DNA of 46,004 bases from IMG/VR virus record IMGVR_UViG_3300033067_000212, positions 1-46,004 of that record. One strand, given 5' to 3'. Under the pieces are notes generated by a model that was not told the origin of the DNA, did not search any database, and saw only the letters and a list, made by a program, of their open reading frames with translations. Each line of letters begins with the position of its first letter. Position 1 is the stretch's first letter. The translations under genes and the position numbers were made by a program. Origin of the DNA: a virus (Duplodnaviria > Caudoviricetes). Positions 9,087 to 20,044 of the stretch are shown here, in pieces.

Positions 9087-12000
9087 TACTGTGCATTCCT
9101 TTTATCCATTAGGTTATTGAAACGCTGAGCATTCTGTCTAGCGTAGTCATACTGTAGACGATCGGTTACTAGAGTTTGATGGCGCTTAGCCATCTGTGAG
9201 AACCACCGTTGAGTTTCATCCGGTTGGATTCCACCGAGAACAAAGAGTGCTCTCATTCGGTTCTCATATTTCTCCTGCAATGCAATGTCTGAAGTTTGTG
9301 TCCAAAGATTATAGAACTGTTCTGCTTGCTTTAGTACATCCTGCTTAGCCTTCTTCTCTTCTCTAATGGACTTGATAGTGTTGTGGTATTCAGCCACAGC
9401 AGCTGGTTCTAGTCCAAAGACAGAGTTGATTAATGTCTGAGCAGGAGTAATATTGTTAAGTAGAACATCTTCATTCTTAGTATGGTACTCCATATAGTTG
9501 AGACCATAATAAAGTTTACGAGCTTGATTAAATGAGCTAAAGTTCTCTAGTACATCTAGGAAATCCTGAGGTTCAAGAACCCTATTAGGATCTTTACCAG
9601 TAGCTAAGGAGACTAACTTCTCTCCTGAAATACCTACTAGTGTTCCTACAGTTGATAGTGCTTGTCTTGTACTCTTGACACCAGCACCACCTAGTAGATC
9701 TACTTTACCCCAAAATCCTTTATCATCATTGATCAAGTCATTGATGAAAGGATTACCATTAGGACCGTATGACTCCTTAACATTATACTTCATACCGGTA
9801 GCCCATTCAAGTATTGTTGCTGGGATACCTTCATTAAATACTTGAGCTACCTTGTTCTCGTCTGTCTGAATACCACGAGTTCTAAGAGCATTGAAGTACA
9901 GCTGCTGGACAGGTCCTAGAGCGCCCGTAACAGCCCCTACAGCGCCCACTGGCACACCGTAGGCTAGGGACATAGCCGTAACCATCCGAAGCTTCTCAGC
10001 GGTCGTTAAACGGCTTCTTCCTAAGTGCTTGTCTTGTACTCTTGACAGAAGCTGTTCAGTTAGACGGGTAGCATACCCAAAGAACTGTGTAGTAGGACCT
10101 AAAACTCCTGTTTGCCATGGGGCAAGAGAAGCCTGAGACATGTTATTGTTTAGTAGGTCAGCCCTAGGTAAGATAACATCCTTGGCAATCTGATCTGAGA
10201 ATGCACGAGTAGGATTGGCTTTACGCCATTCTAGATACGCTGCGTTCCAGGCACCATATCGTGTTAACTTCTCACCTTCGTTGAAGAACACTGCACTGTG
10301 GTCCAAGAACTTCTGGACACCAGTGTCGATAACCTTAGGTGATAGGTAGTCAGCTAAGTAAGCATGCTCCTTACCAACATGGAAGAAACCAATCTTTCTA
10401 GCTGCTTCATAAGACTCTAGGAAGTGATTGCTATCCCAACCCCATGATACTGCCCTAGCTGCTGCATCTCTTATAATACGAGACTCAGCAGTTACTTCTA
10501 GACTACGCATCATAGTAGCACCAAACATAGCTTGGGCTGTATTGATAGGACCAGCTACACCAGCCATACTGACGTATGTATTAAGCTGCTTGAAGAACTG
10601 GATAGGATTGAACATACTCATATTAGTAGTGAATGCTATACTCTTAAAGAATTGAGCAGGTGTCTTTATTGCACCTAGCATTAGTGGATCGACAACATTA
10701 ACCGTATTGACTATACGATTAGTAGCATTATCACCAATGGTAGAGGCTACTGATTCTAGTACATGATTTACAGTACGATTGAAATCATCTTTTAAACCTA
10801 GCATATTAGTGATAGCTCTGCGTGAATTACGAGCTTGAGCTAGAAGTTCTTTAGGAGCAGACTTATCAAAGTTACCATTGATAATATACTGTACTGGATT
10901 CTGCATTAGTACATCGAATGGTAATTTATATGCACCATGGAACTCAGCCATGAACTCAGTAATAGCACGAGCTTTAAGATCACCAATGTACCGACCTCTA
11001 GCAAAGTCAGTAGTGATTCTGTTCATTACTTCTACTGGATCAAGGATACGTGCTGGACGTAACTGTAGTAGTGGATTGTTTACAGATCCATTGTTGACAA
11101 TAGTATTCAATAGCTCACCACGTTCAGTAGCAAACTTAAGATTAACTTCACCATTGTATAGATTATAAACACTATCTCTAACGTCACGGAAACCAGGGAA
11201 AGCATCACCAATCTTGTGAGCTTGTTGTACTGTCTGGTTCATTTCAGTTACGTAGAAAGGTGTGTTATGATTTAATGGACCACCACGTTGAGAAAACTGT
11301 CTAACAAAATCATTATAAGTATATGGAAGGTGCTGTGCAAGATATGCCCGAAGACCTACGTTATCACCTGTAGCTAGTAATTCACGAGCCCTATTCAGGT
11401 GATTACTATATAGTTCAGCTTGTTGGCGAGTGTCAAAATGCAATACATTATTGTCCCCGTAATAATAAGACGATGGACGATTTCCGCCATAAGATACGAT
11501 GTTTGGTTGCCGAACAAAATACCCACGATCTGGATATTGAATATGAAAACCATCACGATAGGGGACTTGAGTTAAGGGTATCGGGGAATTCTGAAACTCT
11601 TTGGTCATTACGTAGTCTAGTGTGGGACCATTTCGGACTAGGTTATTTACTGTATCTCCTAACGGCATCCGACGTAGATTCTCAGCACCTTGCTCACTGA
11701 GTTGGATAATCTTGTATCCTTCACTGAGCATAGTCTGTATTGTCTGATCACCAAATCCAGGAGTGACTGTTGATGTACGGCGTACTAGATCAGGGTTCTG
11801 ATCCCAGATTATTACATGTCCTACTTCACGACCACGACTATCAAAGTGGATATTAGGTACTACCTTACCTTCGATAACATTCTTCATCTTAGTATTGATT
11901 GCACTACCGTTTTCCACTACCCTATCTAATGGTAAGGAGAACATCTCTAAACCGATACGTGCTTTAGAAGTATACACAGATAGGTTACGAGCCATTAGAT

Positions 12001-13918
12001 CAGCTGAGTGAAGCTGTAGATAAGTGAAGTACGCTTCCGTTTCCTTAGCAGTAGGAAGTCGGTTATGATACTGGTTCCAGTCACGTTCAAACTCAGGCAG
12101 TGTCCTAGAGGATACTCCTGGTGTCTGTGATCCTGGTGCTAATGTTACTTGCTGGTTACGAAGGAAAGCTGTTAGATCATTCCTACTCTGACGTGGTAAT
12201 GAACCAATCTCTTCTGCTCTAGCTTTGATTAAAGCAGTCATATTGGAACTACCATACTGAGCTACCTTAGCTTGACGGATAGTATCCTGAGCTACAGTAT
12301 CTTCTGATGATCGTAAGAAGCCAGCGTATGTATTGATAAGACCACCAGGAGTCTGGTGATTAGTCTCAACCATAATCTGATTGAAGACAGAAGCATTAGC
12401 TTCGTCGATATTCTTCTCTAGTTGAATCTTCCACTTACCACCATCTGCTTCAACAACCTTATAGTCCTTGAACTTATATAGGTCCTTAGCAGCTAGTTCA
12501 GCCTGTGACTTGAAATCAAACAAGGCACCGGTACGATCACCTACTTCGAATGTAACTTGTTCTACATTGGTTAGACGATTAACTGGTGTACTAGGATACA
12601 CATTCAATACAGCATTATTCATATTAGGATAACGCATGTTGAACATACGTACCTCTTCATCTAATGCAGCATTGAGTACTTCTGGTCTAGCGATACTACG
12701 ATCTACGAATGTGGTATCATTGAATACAGTCTTAAGAATTGACTGTGAATTAAATTCTAATGATTCCTTTAGACGTAGTGCTTGGTTCTGAGATAGGTTA
12801 CCACTAGCATTAGTACGAAGTGAATTGATATCGAAGAGTGGAGAAGACCAAGCTTTTATTCTATCCCAACCTTGTGTACCAATAGTAGCACTAGCTGCTT
12901 TAGTATCTAAGCTAGCAACTACATCAGCTAATGCAGCTTGTGTAGTCTGTCCTACTGCATTGAGTAGGTTGCCTTGTGTTATGTTACGAGCACTAGTAAA
13001 CTTAAGAAGACTCTTCATGCTATTACCTACTGGTAATGTAGCAATATCTAGAGCTAGACTTACGTTACTAAGGGCTTTGTCACTAGAACTATACTGCATA
13101 GCACCTTGTAAGAACTCACGAGCTTGGTGTAAGTTCTTACTTGCAAGGTACTCAGTAGCCTTGTCTAGCATACTAGCCGCATCATTAGTTGAAGCTAGGT
13201 ACAACTGTGTGTATTGATCTTCACGATTAGTACCTGGAATATAGGGAGTGCCTACTTCTTTGAGTAGGTTAGAGAAGCGATAAGTATTAAGGAATGGTAC
13301 GAAATTAGCAGCTACATCAGCTGCTTTATCTACCATACCTTGTTGTTTAATACGTCCTTCTACTTCCTCTAGTTTCTTTTGTACTAGTTCTTTAGTAGTG
13401 AGAATAGACTGAGCAGCATTGATTGTATCTAAAGACTCTTGCTTACGGTTAGCCATACTCTCTGAGAATGAAGCCACCTTAAAGAGTTCTTCTGTGCTCT
13501 TGTTAATTAAGTTACGAGCATACATCTCTTCTAGTACTGTATCAGGATTCTTTAGTTTAGCTAGTGGCATGTTACGCACTAGATCTAACTCCTCCTGAGT
13601 TACATTACCTTTACGAGAAGCAATATAATTACGTAGTGCATCTCTACGAACATTAGTCTCTCGTTCATATTCTGATACTACTGCTTCACTCTGATACCTA
13701 CCGATGTCCTGAGACGTAATAGCGCTCATCAGGACGTCCTTTGCATCTGGACGCTCTAATGCTAAGGCATACTTATCTGCCCGTGTAGAGGCTACCTGAG
13801 GGTCTACAGGCACCATATTCTTAGTGACTACTGTAGACATATCTACTTCAGGTAGATTAGAAGGATCGGAAGTAAAGTCTACTGTTGGTAGATTACTGAA
13901 ATCTAATACTGTTGCCAT
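9086..13918 (-). CDS. large internal virion (ejection) protein
   Basis: 1610 aa; size and position typical of podoviral core proteins. Confidence 0.7.
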   Translation of the reverse strand: MATVLDFSNLPTVDFTSDPSNLPEVDMSTVVTKNMVPVDPQVASTRADKYALALERPDAKDVLMSAITSQDIGRYQSEAVVSEYERETNVRRDALRNYIASRKGNVTQEELDLVRNMPLAKLKNPDTVLEEMYARNLINKSTEELFKVASFSESMANRKQESLDTINAAQSILTTKELVQKKLEEVEGRIKQQGMVDKAADVAANFVPFLNTYRFSNLLKEVGTPYIPGTNREDQYTQLYLASTNDAASMLDKATEYLASKNLHQAREFLQGAMQYSSSDKALSNVSLALDIATLPVGNSMKSLLKFTSARNITQGNLLNAVGQTTQAALADVVASLDTKAASATIGTQGWDRIKAWSSPLFDINSLRTNASGNLSQNQALRLKESLEFNSQSILKTVFNDTTFVDRSIARPEVLNAALDEEVRMFNMRYPNMNNAVLNVYPSTPVNRLTNVEQVTFEVGDRTGALFDFKSQAELAAKDLYKFKDYKVVEADGGKWKIQLEKNIDEANASVFNQIMVETNHQTPGGLINTYAGFLRSSEDTVAQDTIRQAKVAQYGSSNMTALIKARAEEIGSLPRQSRNDLTAFLRNQQVTLAPGSQTPGVSSRTLPEFERDWNQYHNRLPTAKETEAYFTYLQLHSADLMARNLSVYTSKARIGLEMFSLPLDRVVENGSAINTKMKNVIEGKVVPNIHFDSRGREVGHVIIWDQNPDLVRRTSTVTPGFGDQTIQTMLSEGYKIIQLSEQGAENLRRMPLGDTVNNLVRNGPTLDYVMTKEFQNSPIPLTQVPYRDGFHIQYPDRGYFVRQPNIVSYGGNRPSSYYYGDNNVLHFDTRQQAELYSNHLNRARELLATGDNVGLRAYLAQHLPYTYNDFVRQFSQRGGPLNHNTPFYVTEMNQTVQQAHKIGDAFPGFRDVRDSVYNLYNGEVNLKFATERGELLNTIVNNGSVNNPLLQLRPARILDPVEVMNRITTDFARGRYIGDLKARAITEFMAEFHGAYKLPFDVLMQNPVQYIINGNFDKSAPKELLAQARNSRRAITNMLGLKDDFNRTVNHVLESVASTIGDNATNRIVNTVNVVDPLMLGAIKTPAQFFKSIAFTTNMSMFNPIQFFKQLNTYVSMAGVAGPINTAQAMFGATMMRSLEVTAESRIIRDAAARAVSWGWDSNHFLESYEAARKIGFFHVGKEHAYLADYLSPKVIDTGVQKFLDHSAVFFNEGEKLTRYGAWNAAYLEWRKANPTRAFSDQIAKDVILPRADLLNNNMSQASLAPWQTGVLGPTTQFFGYATRLTEQLLSRVQDKHLGRSRLTTAEKLRMVTAMSLAYGVPVGAVGAVTGALGPVQQLYFNALRTRGIQTDENKVAQVFNEGIPATILEWATGMKYNVKESYGPNGNPFINDLINDDKGFWGKVDLLGGAGVKSTRQALSTVGTLVGISGEKLVSLATGKDPNRVLEPQDFLDVLENFSSFNQARKLYYGLNYMEYHTKNEDVLLNNITPAQTLINSVFGLEPAAVAEYHNTIKSIREEKKAKQDVLKQAEQFYNLWTQTSDIALQEKYENRMRALFVLGGIQPDETQRWFSQMAKRHQTLVTDRLQYDYARQNAQRFNNLMDKRNAQ

Positions 13919-14409
13919 TACTTAGCCGCCTTAGGATCGAAGAGGGTAGCACCGATGTTACCAATCTTCTCAGAAGAAGAGAACAATGAACGACCTACAT
14001 CTACAGTAGCATTAGCTGTACTTAGATCAGCCTTAGCATTAGATGTAGCTTCGTTAGCTGTGAATAGTTGTTCACCGATATTGATATTCTGAGCTAATGC
14101 TAAACTATTCTGGCCTAATGATCCTTCAATATTACCAAGGACACCACCTGCTACGCTACCGAAGTTAGCACCAGCAGCAGCTAATGAAGAATTAGCTTGT
14201 GCACGAGCACGCATCTCATCCTGGAATAGTTTACGTTGTTCACGTTGAGCCGTGAGTTCAGCTTGTTGACGACGTAGTTCCTCAGCCTTATTTGTAGAAT
14301 CAGCTAAGGCTTGGCTAGCATCTGCTTGTTTCTTGTAGCCGTAAGCAGACGTGGCTATACCAGCAGCTGCTGTTGATAAAGCGATAACTGTTGCTGTTGC
14401 GAATGGCAT
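13918..14409 (-). CDS. small internal virion protein (T7 gp14-like)
   Basis: Ala/Gly-rich hydrophobic N-terminus followed by a Gln-rich coiled coil; follows the GNAT gene. Confidence 0.65.
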   Translation of the reverse strand: MPFATATVIALSTAAAGIATSAYGYKKQADASQALADSTNKAEELRRQQAELTAQREQRKLFQDEMRARAQANSSLAAAGANFGSVAGGVLGNIEGSLGQNSLALAQNINIGEQLFTANEATSNAKADLSTANATVDVGRSLFSSSEKIGNIGATLFDPKAAK

Positions 14410-14864
14410 TATTTAACCTCTATAGAAAAGAACTTCTCTTCTTCTTGAAACCCTAGTTTAGTATAATACCTTTCTAGGGGTGGGTTCTTACGTGATGACA
14501 CAAGTATCTTGTTAGCTTGATGTTCCTTAGCCCATGAGAAGAACATGTCTAGTAGCATCTTACTGTGTCTACGGTACGGTTTACGTACTGCCCATACTAT
14601 CTCTTGTGCTGTTCTAGATTTGAATAGTAAGTATGGATTATCAAAGTAAGCACAAGCAATCATTCCTTGTGGAGTTCCTTGTTCATCCCTTAGTACGAAG
14701 ATATTACGATCTTCTTTGTTAATGTAAGTACGAGCTACCTCTAGTAACTTAATCCTCGGAAGTTGGATATCTACGTTATCTCCTATGAGTTCTTCGTAGA
14801 TATCTGCCAGTGTTTCTAGATCGGTATCTCGTACTTCACTAACCCACATTAGATTAGATGTCAC
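14409..14864 (-). CDS. GNAT-family acetyltransferase-like protein
   Basis: WAVRKPYRR and YYTKLGF; sits in the usual position after the tail nozzle gene. Confidence 0.75.
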   Translation of the reverse strand: MTSNLMWVSEVRDTDLETLADIYEELIGDNVDIQLPRIKLLEVARTYINKEDRNIFVLRDEQGTPQGMIACAYFDNPYLLFKSRTAQEIVWAVRKPYRRHSKMLLDMFFSWAKEHQANKILVSSRKNPPLERYYTKLGFQEEEKFFSIEVK

Positions 14865-17400
14865 TATTAACGCCTTCTCTCATACTCCATCCAATGATAT
14901 CGAATGGTTTACCTGTTTCACTTTCAAACTTAATCTGCATAGCACGACCTTTACCACGTACCTTTAATCGTCTGAAGTTAATATAACGATTAGTTAGTGC
15001 AGGATTGTATACCTGCTGGATAGAAGACCACTTACCTTCAGAACTATCTGATGTGTAGTCATGTCGTGTATGCATATAGCAGCTAGAGTTATCTAATTGG
15101 TTTAAGAATACAAAGCAGTATCCAGGTTGGAAGAATTTCTGAGTCTCTCCGTGAATTTTAAAGCCAGTGATAAAGTAGCTTGAGTAGTCTACTATTGCAC
15201 TAGGAGCACTGTAGTATGTTCCTAGTATAGTCCAATCCAAGAATATATTATCTTTAGCTTCTGCAAAGAATATGACTTCTTGTGTAGTAGAGATTTCTAC
15301 AGTTGTAAGATACTTAATCTTCGGTTCATTCAGTCGTTGTGCATCTTGTACATAGATAACAGATCGTAATTTATTAATTACAGGTTCAATAGTCCAAGTA
15401 TAGAATGCTTTAGTAATTGTGTTTAAACATAAGACTCTGTTATAGACATGATAGTTCTCAGGACTTAAAGAACTAGAATCATTGTACATCCACATAATTA
15501 CTTCGTTACGAGTATCGTAAGTACCTGTTATAAACTTACGGTTCAACTGTGGGATATCTACAATGAGTGACTTGATAGTTGATTGGCTAAGATTTACTAA
15601 CTGGAATGAGTCATAGTTAGGATCATACTGCATAGTATAGATGCCATCTTCTGCCCACCATACTGGCATACCCTTGACATCTATGATGCTATAGGGTGAT
15701 GTAGTACCTACTCCTGATAGTTTTTTAATAGAGTAGTCAGTAGCTCGTAGTGCACCATTAGTACCACCGATAAGCCATACACCATTACTAGCAAAGATAA
15801 CTAGTGAACTACGTAATGGGAATAGTCTTAAGATAGTACCGATCTCTAGGATCTTAATAACACCACCATCGTCAGATAGTAGTTCAAAGTAATCTTCTGA
15901 TGTTGGGTCATTCTTCTGATAGCATCTACCATACTCTTCCTTGTTAACAACAATCTGAGAGAACCAAACTTTATTAGTTTCTCCTTGAATGTCTAAACCA
16001 GAGTAGAATACACGACTACCTAGGAATGCTACTGCTGTGGGACGTTGGATATTAACAGAGGAAGCAGAAGCACTAGTACTAGAGTAGATAGTCAACTCAG
16101 CTACGTAGATAGCAGCTGTTGATACAGCAGGCTTGACTACGTTAATCCATACCTTATCCCATAGTGATGTGGTATTAGAAGAGTTGATAGTACGTGCAGC
16201 TGATTCGTTAGTAGCACTTTGGTTAAATGTAATGAATCCTAGTAGTACCGGTGCAGCTGAACCAGCCTTACCATACAGTTCTAATCGGACGTTAGTAGTA
16301 GTACCGGAGTTGATATAACCATGGTCATTACTACCTGAGACTGTGACTCTTGATACGGTTACTGGTGTAGAGAAAGATCTACCGATGAAACCACCAGAGA
16401 ATCCAGGGTAACCTAGGTTCTTAGTAGCACTAGCAGCCGATGCTTGTATCGTAGTACCATCATTAGCAGCTGAAGTATTAGATGTAAAATCAGTATATAC
16501 TGTACCTGTAGTAGATGGGATAACTACGTCTGTAGTGGCTAATGAGAAGGTATAACCTTCACCAGCTGCGGCTGCTACTCTATCTGGATTAGCTACACTA
16601 AGAATGAAATGTCCCTTAGGAGCAGGTGAGTTACCAGGAGATTTAGCAGTTACTCGTGTAGCATCGAATGCATCCGTATCAGATGCTCTAAATAAAGCTA
16701 CTTGATCTGCGTTACTTGGTAGTGAAGTTAAAGCTGTATCCCATTGTGATAATGCATCAGCTGAATGCCAACCTTGATTTAAAAGATTGTAGTAGTGTTT
16801 AGGATTGTTAGTTTTTAGCGTTGCAATGCTCTCTATAGGGCGTTGGTTGATGGTTAGGCCATCATCATACCCATCGAAATCCCGAGCCTGTAGCGTGATC
16901 GTAGAGACAGTAATCGTATCTAGAGAAGGGCTATATGATACAAAGAATGGGTCACAAGCATAGTTGACTACGAATAGATCACCGTTACCTGTAGCAAATG
17001 CACAGTCATATTCACTAGGTAGTAAGTTACTAGTAGCTGGACGACGGGATTCTAAATCAATAAAGAATGATTTCTTGTTATCTGTAACGACAGTGCTTGT
17101 TGACTGATCGTAGAAATACAAATACCTACCAGCCTGGACAACTAGTAGTGAGACATTACCTGTCCCAGCTACTGATTCCCAGAGGTAGGTTTTGTAAGAT
17201 TGTGTATCTGTCTTGCTAGTAAGGGTGTAGGTAGTATTCTCTACATCAATACCTTCACGTCGAGTGACGTTGCCTTTGTTATTGAAGATACAGTTTTCAG
17301 TTTCGAAACAAGCATTCTCTGGAAACGTAAGCGCTGTCTTTTCTGTAATCAATCCTTGAATAAAGTTGTTTTCAATTGCAGTAGCAGTCTTACGTGCCAT
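14854..17400 (-). CDS. tail tubular protein B / nozzle
   Basis: NNFIQGLITE, VTRREG, FLGSRVFYSG, DPTSE, DGGVIKI and KVRGKGRAMQIKF. Confidence 0.85.
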   Translation of the reverse strand: MARKTATAIENNFIQGLITEKTALTFPENACFETENCIFNNKGNVTRREGIDVENTTYTLTSKTDTQSYKTYLWESVAGTGNVSLLVVQAGRYLYFYDQSTSTVVTDNKKSFFIDLESRRPATSNLLPSEYDCAFATGNGDLFVVNYACDPFFVSYSPSLDTITVSTITLQARDFDGYDDGLTINQRPIESIATLKTNNPKHYYNLLNQGWHSADALSQWDTALTSLPSNADQVALFRASDTDAFDATRVTAKSPGNSPAPKGHFILSVANPDRVAAAAGEGYTFSLATTDVVIPSTTGTVYTDFTSNTSAANDGTTIQASAASATKNLGYPGFSGGFIGRSFSTPVTVSRVTVSGSNDHGYINSGTTTNVRLELYGKAGSAAPVLLGFITFNQSATNESAARTINSSNTTSLWDKVWINVVKPAVSTAAIYVAELTIYSSTSASASSVNIQRPTAVAFLGSRVFYSGLDIQGETNKVWFSQIVVNKEEYGRCYQKNDPTSEDYFELLSDDGGVIKILEIGTILRLFPLRSSLVIFASNGVWLIGGTNGALRATDYSIKKLSGVGTTSPYSIIDVKGMPVWWAEDGIYTMQYDPNYDSFQLVNLSQSTIKSLIVDIPQLNRKFITGTYDTRNEVIMWMYNDSSSLSPENYHVYNRVLCLNTITKAFYTWTIEPVINKLRSVIYVQDAQRLNEPKIKYLTTVEISTTQEVIFFAEAKDNIFLDWTILGTYYSAPSAIVDYSSYFITGFKIHGETQKFFQPGYCFVFLNQLDNSSCYMHTRHDYTSDSSEGKWSSIQQVYNPALTNRYINFRRLKVRGKGRAMQIKFESETGKPFDIIGWSMREGVNSDI

Positions 17401-17404
17401 TTAC

Positions 17405-17731
17405 TTATTCCTTGCTATCCATTTCCTGCTTCAATTTAAGGTACTCTTCATGGCGCTTAGCAGCAGCTAGTGCCTTAGATTCCTTCTTTCCAGGTACTGT
17501 CTCGTTATAAATACGAGTGGCTTCAGTCTTAGCTGAATGATAACGTACTACAGCTTTCTCTGCTTCACTAATACTAGTATAGTTTCCTTTAAGCCAGTCA
17601 GCTGTGCTTCCGCTCTTAGAGCGAATAGTCCATAGACCATAGGGGTCTGAAGCAGATAGAATATAAGTTACATCATTGTAAACTAATTCTTTAGTGCGCA
17701 TTGGAGTATGGTCTTCAATGTCTTCCATCAT
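17405..17731 (-). CDS. hypothetical protein
   Basis: 108-aa ORF between the tail genes (DPYGLW...LKGNYTS). Confidence 0.7.
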   Translation of the reverse strand: MMEDIEDHTPMRTKELVYNDVTYILSASDPYGLWTIRSKSGSTADWLKGNYTSISEAEKAVVRYHSAKTEATRIYNETVPGKKESKALAAAKRHEEYLKLKQEMDSKE

Positions 17732-17750
17732 TTAAGTTGGTCCTTAAAAG

Positions 17751-18512
17751 TTATCGTCTTCCGTATTTAGGAATCTTGTCAAATTCCGTACCTTCGAATA
17801 CTCGACGTTTGCGTTTCTGAATCTTAATCTTTTGTTCCCTAGCTTCATTAGCTGCCTCAGCATTGTTAGTTTGCTTTAGCTCAATGAAAGCCCGTACCTT
17901 TGCTTTGTTAATCAGGTATGGAAACTGTGATGGGGCGATTTCTGGTACGAAGGTATCCACCATTTGGAATGTTGGGTATACCAGACCCTTACACATAGTC
18001 TTTTCTTTTTGTAATGTAGAGTCTACAGTTGAATTATAGGAATCAAATAGGATAGAATAGTTAGATACTGTAGTGTAGTACTGTGGGAATTTATCATTTG
18101 AGTATAGAATAGGAAAGGATTCTCCATTAGAAGAGAATATCATCTGTCCTACGTTATCATTCTCAGCTAATGAGTTCTGACGAGAAAGAAATTCATCGAA
18201 TGGTAGGTACTTTACTTCTTCGTACCTATCGAATGTATCGGTATCTTCTTTAAAATTGTACTTGATAGAGGTTACATTAGTAACATCTGTAGGTACTGTC
18301 ATTAGAGTGGGTTGTAGTAGATCACCACTAGCATTCAATTCGAATAGTTTCTCGTGTTCTCGTAGATTTAGATCAACAGCACTATCATAATACACGCTTT
18401 TGATGATTAATGCAACTTGATTCGACTCTACTGTGTCACTAATACTGTTTACTTCATCACTATCCATTGAGGATAGGATTAGTTGAACCATCTCTAGCAA
18501 TGTTTGCTGCAT
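17751..18512 (-). CDS. tail tubular protein A / head-tail adaptor
   Basis: TLLEMVQLILSSMDSDEVNSISDTVESNQVA N-terminus and YGR C-terminus. Confidence 0.8.
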   Translation of the reverse strand: MQQTLLEMVQLILSSMDSDEVNSISDTVESNQVALIIKSVYYDSAVDLNLREHEKLFELNASGDLLQPTLMTVPTDVTNVTSIKYNFKEDTDTFDRYEEVKYLPFDEFLSRQNSLAENDNVGQMIFSSNGESFPILYSNDKFPQYYTTVSNYSILFDSYNSTVDSTLQKEKTMCKGLVYPTFQMVDTFVPEIAPSQFPYLINKAKVRAFIELKQTNNAEAANEAREQKIKIQKRKRRVFEGTEFDKIPKYGRR

Positions 18513-18513
18513 C

Positions 18514-18783
18514 TTAGACCTTTATAAACTTAAGTAGTACTTCAAAGATGAAGATAAATCCAGCTATGACACCAAGACCATAGTTGAATTTAGTTTCTAT
18601 AGCTGAGACTCGACTATTAGTTTTCTCTAATTCATTATGAAAGCAATGTTCTAGCTTTGTAATCTTTAGATCCATCTTCTCTTCGGTCTCAGCATGCTTA
18701 TCTAGTCGTCGTAGGATTTCATCTAGCGTTGCTTGTATCTTTCCTAAGTCTCTGTGGATATCAGAGTCAATGATTGGTGCCAT
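18514..18783 (-). CDS. coiled-coil protein with C-terminal TM helix (holin-like)
   Basis: Heptad region followed by GLGVIAGFIFIFEVLL; lies in the lysis cassette. Confidence 0.5.
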   Translation of the reverse strand: MAPIIDSDIHRDLGKIQATLDEILRRLDKHAETEEKMDLKITKLEHCFHNELEKTNSRVSAIETKFNYGLGVIAGFIFIFEVLLKFIKV

Positions 18784-18786
18784 CGA

Positions 18787-19191
18787 TTAACCCCTGCGAT
18801 AAGAAGATGTCTTAGTCGCGGGTTTACACTTGTTAGCTTCCTTCTTGAGTTGGCTAATCTGTGCTTCGTATTTATTAATGATTGCTTGGTTGTCCCAAGT
18901 CTTGAATTGCCAACCACCATATACGATAGCAGCTACGATGACAGTGAGAGTGGAGAGGTTCGCAAAGCAAACCCCTACACCTTCAAAGAATTTCTTTACT
19001 ACCCATACTACGCCTTCTACAGTGGCTTTAAGAGCAGGTGTGATTACATCACTAATGTTTGAGACTACATTACTTACTGATTTTAGAGTGACCATGAGTG
19101 CTATGATTCCTGCTAGTGCTAGCCCTGACCAATGAAGGGGATTAAGATAGGTAAGAAAGTTTAGTGGATTAAAGAGATCAAACATCTTCAT
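18787..19191 (-). CDS. membrane lysis protein (holin or i-spanin-like)
   Basis: 2-3 hydrophobic segments followed by a short coiled coil; immediately downstream of the endolysin. Confidence 0.5.
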   Translation of the reverse strand: MKMFDLFNPLNFLTYLNPLHWSGLALAGIIALMVTLKSVSNVVSNISDVITPALKATVEGVVWVVKKFFEGVGVCFANLSTLTVIVAAIVYGGWQFKTWDNQAIINKYEAQISQLKKEANKCKPATKTSSYRRG

Positions 19192-20032
19192 CTTCCTTTG
19201 ATGGAGTGTAACGACCTTCCTTATAATCCTGAACTGTTAGATGTTCTATGTATTTCAAGACTGTAAAGATACCGATAGCTAGACCACCGGCAATAACAAA
19301 CTTATAGTTCCATAGGAAATCTTTGAATGGATCAATGATGCGTTTAGCATTCTCGAAGTTATCCATTGTAAAGAGACCAGTAACAGTAGCTGTTAACCAA
19401 CCAATGAACTGTCTAAACCTTTGGATGATAGTTAGTTTGCGAGAAGTAGGAGAAAGATCAGCAACCTTAACTACAGAAATCTCTCGTACTCGCATGAGTA
19501 GTGGAATGCAACCCACTTGCTTAGAGACATGGTTCCTTTCGTACGATCCATCTTCTACGAATTTACCTTTGACATAGTGATTAGTACCACTCCAAAGATA
19601 TGGTGAATTGACACCAGTATTACGAGTACGATAACCTAGACCATTATACTTCTCTAGTTCAAAGCAGATAGATTCATCGGACCAGTCACTTACTTTATCT
19701 AGACCATCATACTTAATAGCATCGATGGCAGATTCATTCCAAGTAAAAGGTGGTTCTCCTAGTGGACGACCACGAGGAACATTCCTAGTACGCTTCTGTA
19801 GTGAGTCACCATTATGTAGGTGAGTAGTGAAGTCACCATTACCTTCTAGAATATGGATAACACCAATGACATCCCAAGGAACGCCAGTGGCTTTACTTAC
19901 TGCCATATAAGCATCTTTGTTCTTAAGGACTTGGGCAGCTTGTTTGTTTACCCGATCCTTCCAAGACTCCTTAACCTCCATGGTTTCTAGGAGTCTGGTA
20001 TATTCACTCTTTAATTTACCAAACGTGATCAT
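19178..20032 (-). CDS. endolysin, lysozyme-like, with C-terminal hydrophobic segments
   Basis: GVPWDVIGVIHILE, LHNGD, EKYNGLGY, SPYLWSGTNHYVKGKFVEDG. Confidence 0.85.
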   Translation of the reverse strand: MITFGKLKSEYTRLLETMEVKESWKDRVNKQAAQVLKNKDAYMAVSKATGVPWDVIGVIHILEGNGDFTTHLHNGDSLQKRTRNVPRGRPLGEPPFTWNESAIDAIKYDGLDKVSDWSDESICFELEKYNGLGYRTRNTGVNSPYLWSGTNHYVKGKFVEDGSYERNHVSKQVGCIPLLMRVREISVVKVADLSPTSRKLTIIQRFRQFIGWLTATVTGLFTMDNFENAKRIIDPFKDFLWNYKFVIAGGLAIGIFTVLKYIEHLTVQDYKEGRYTPSKEDEDV

Positions 20033-20044
20033 TATGAAATCCTA

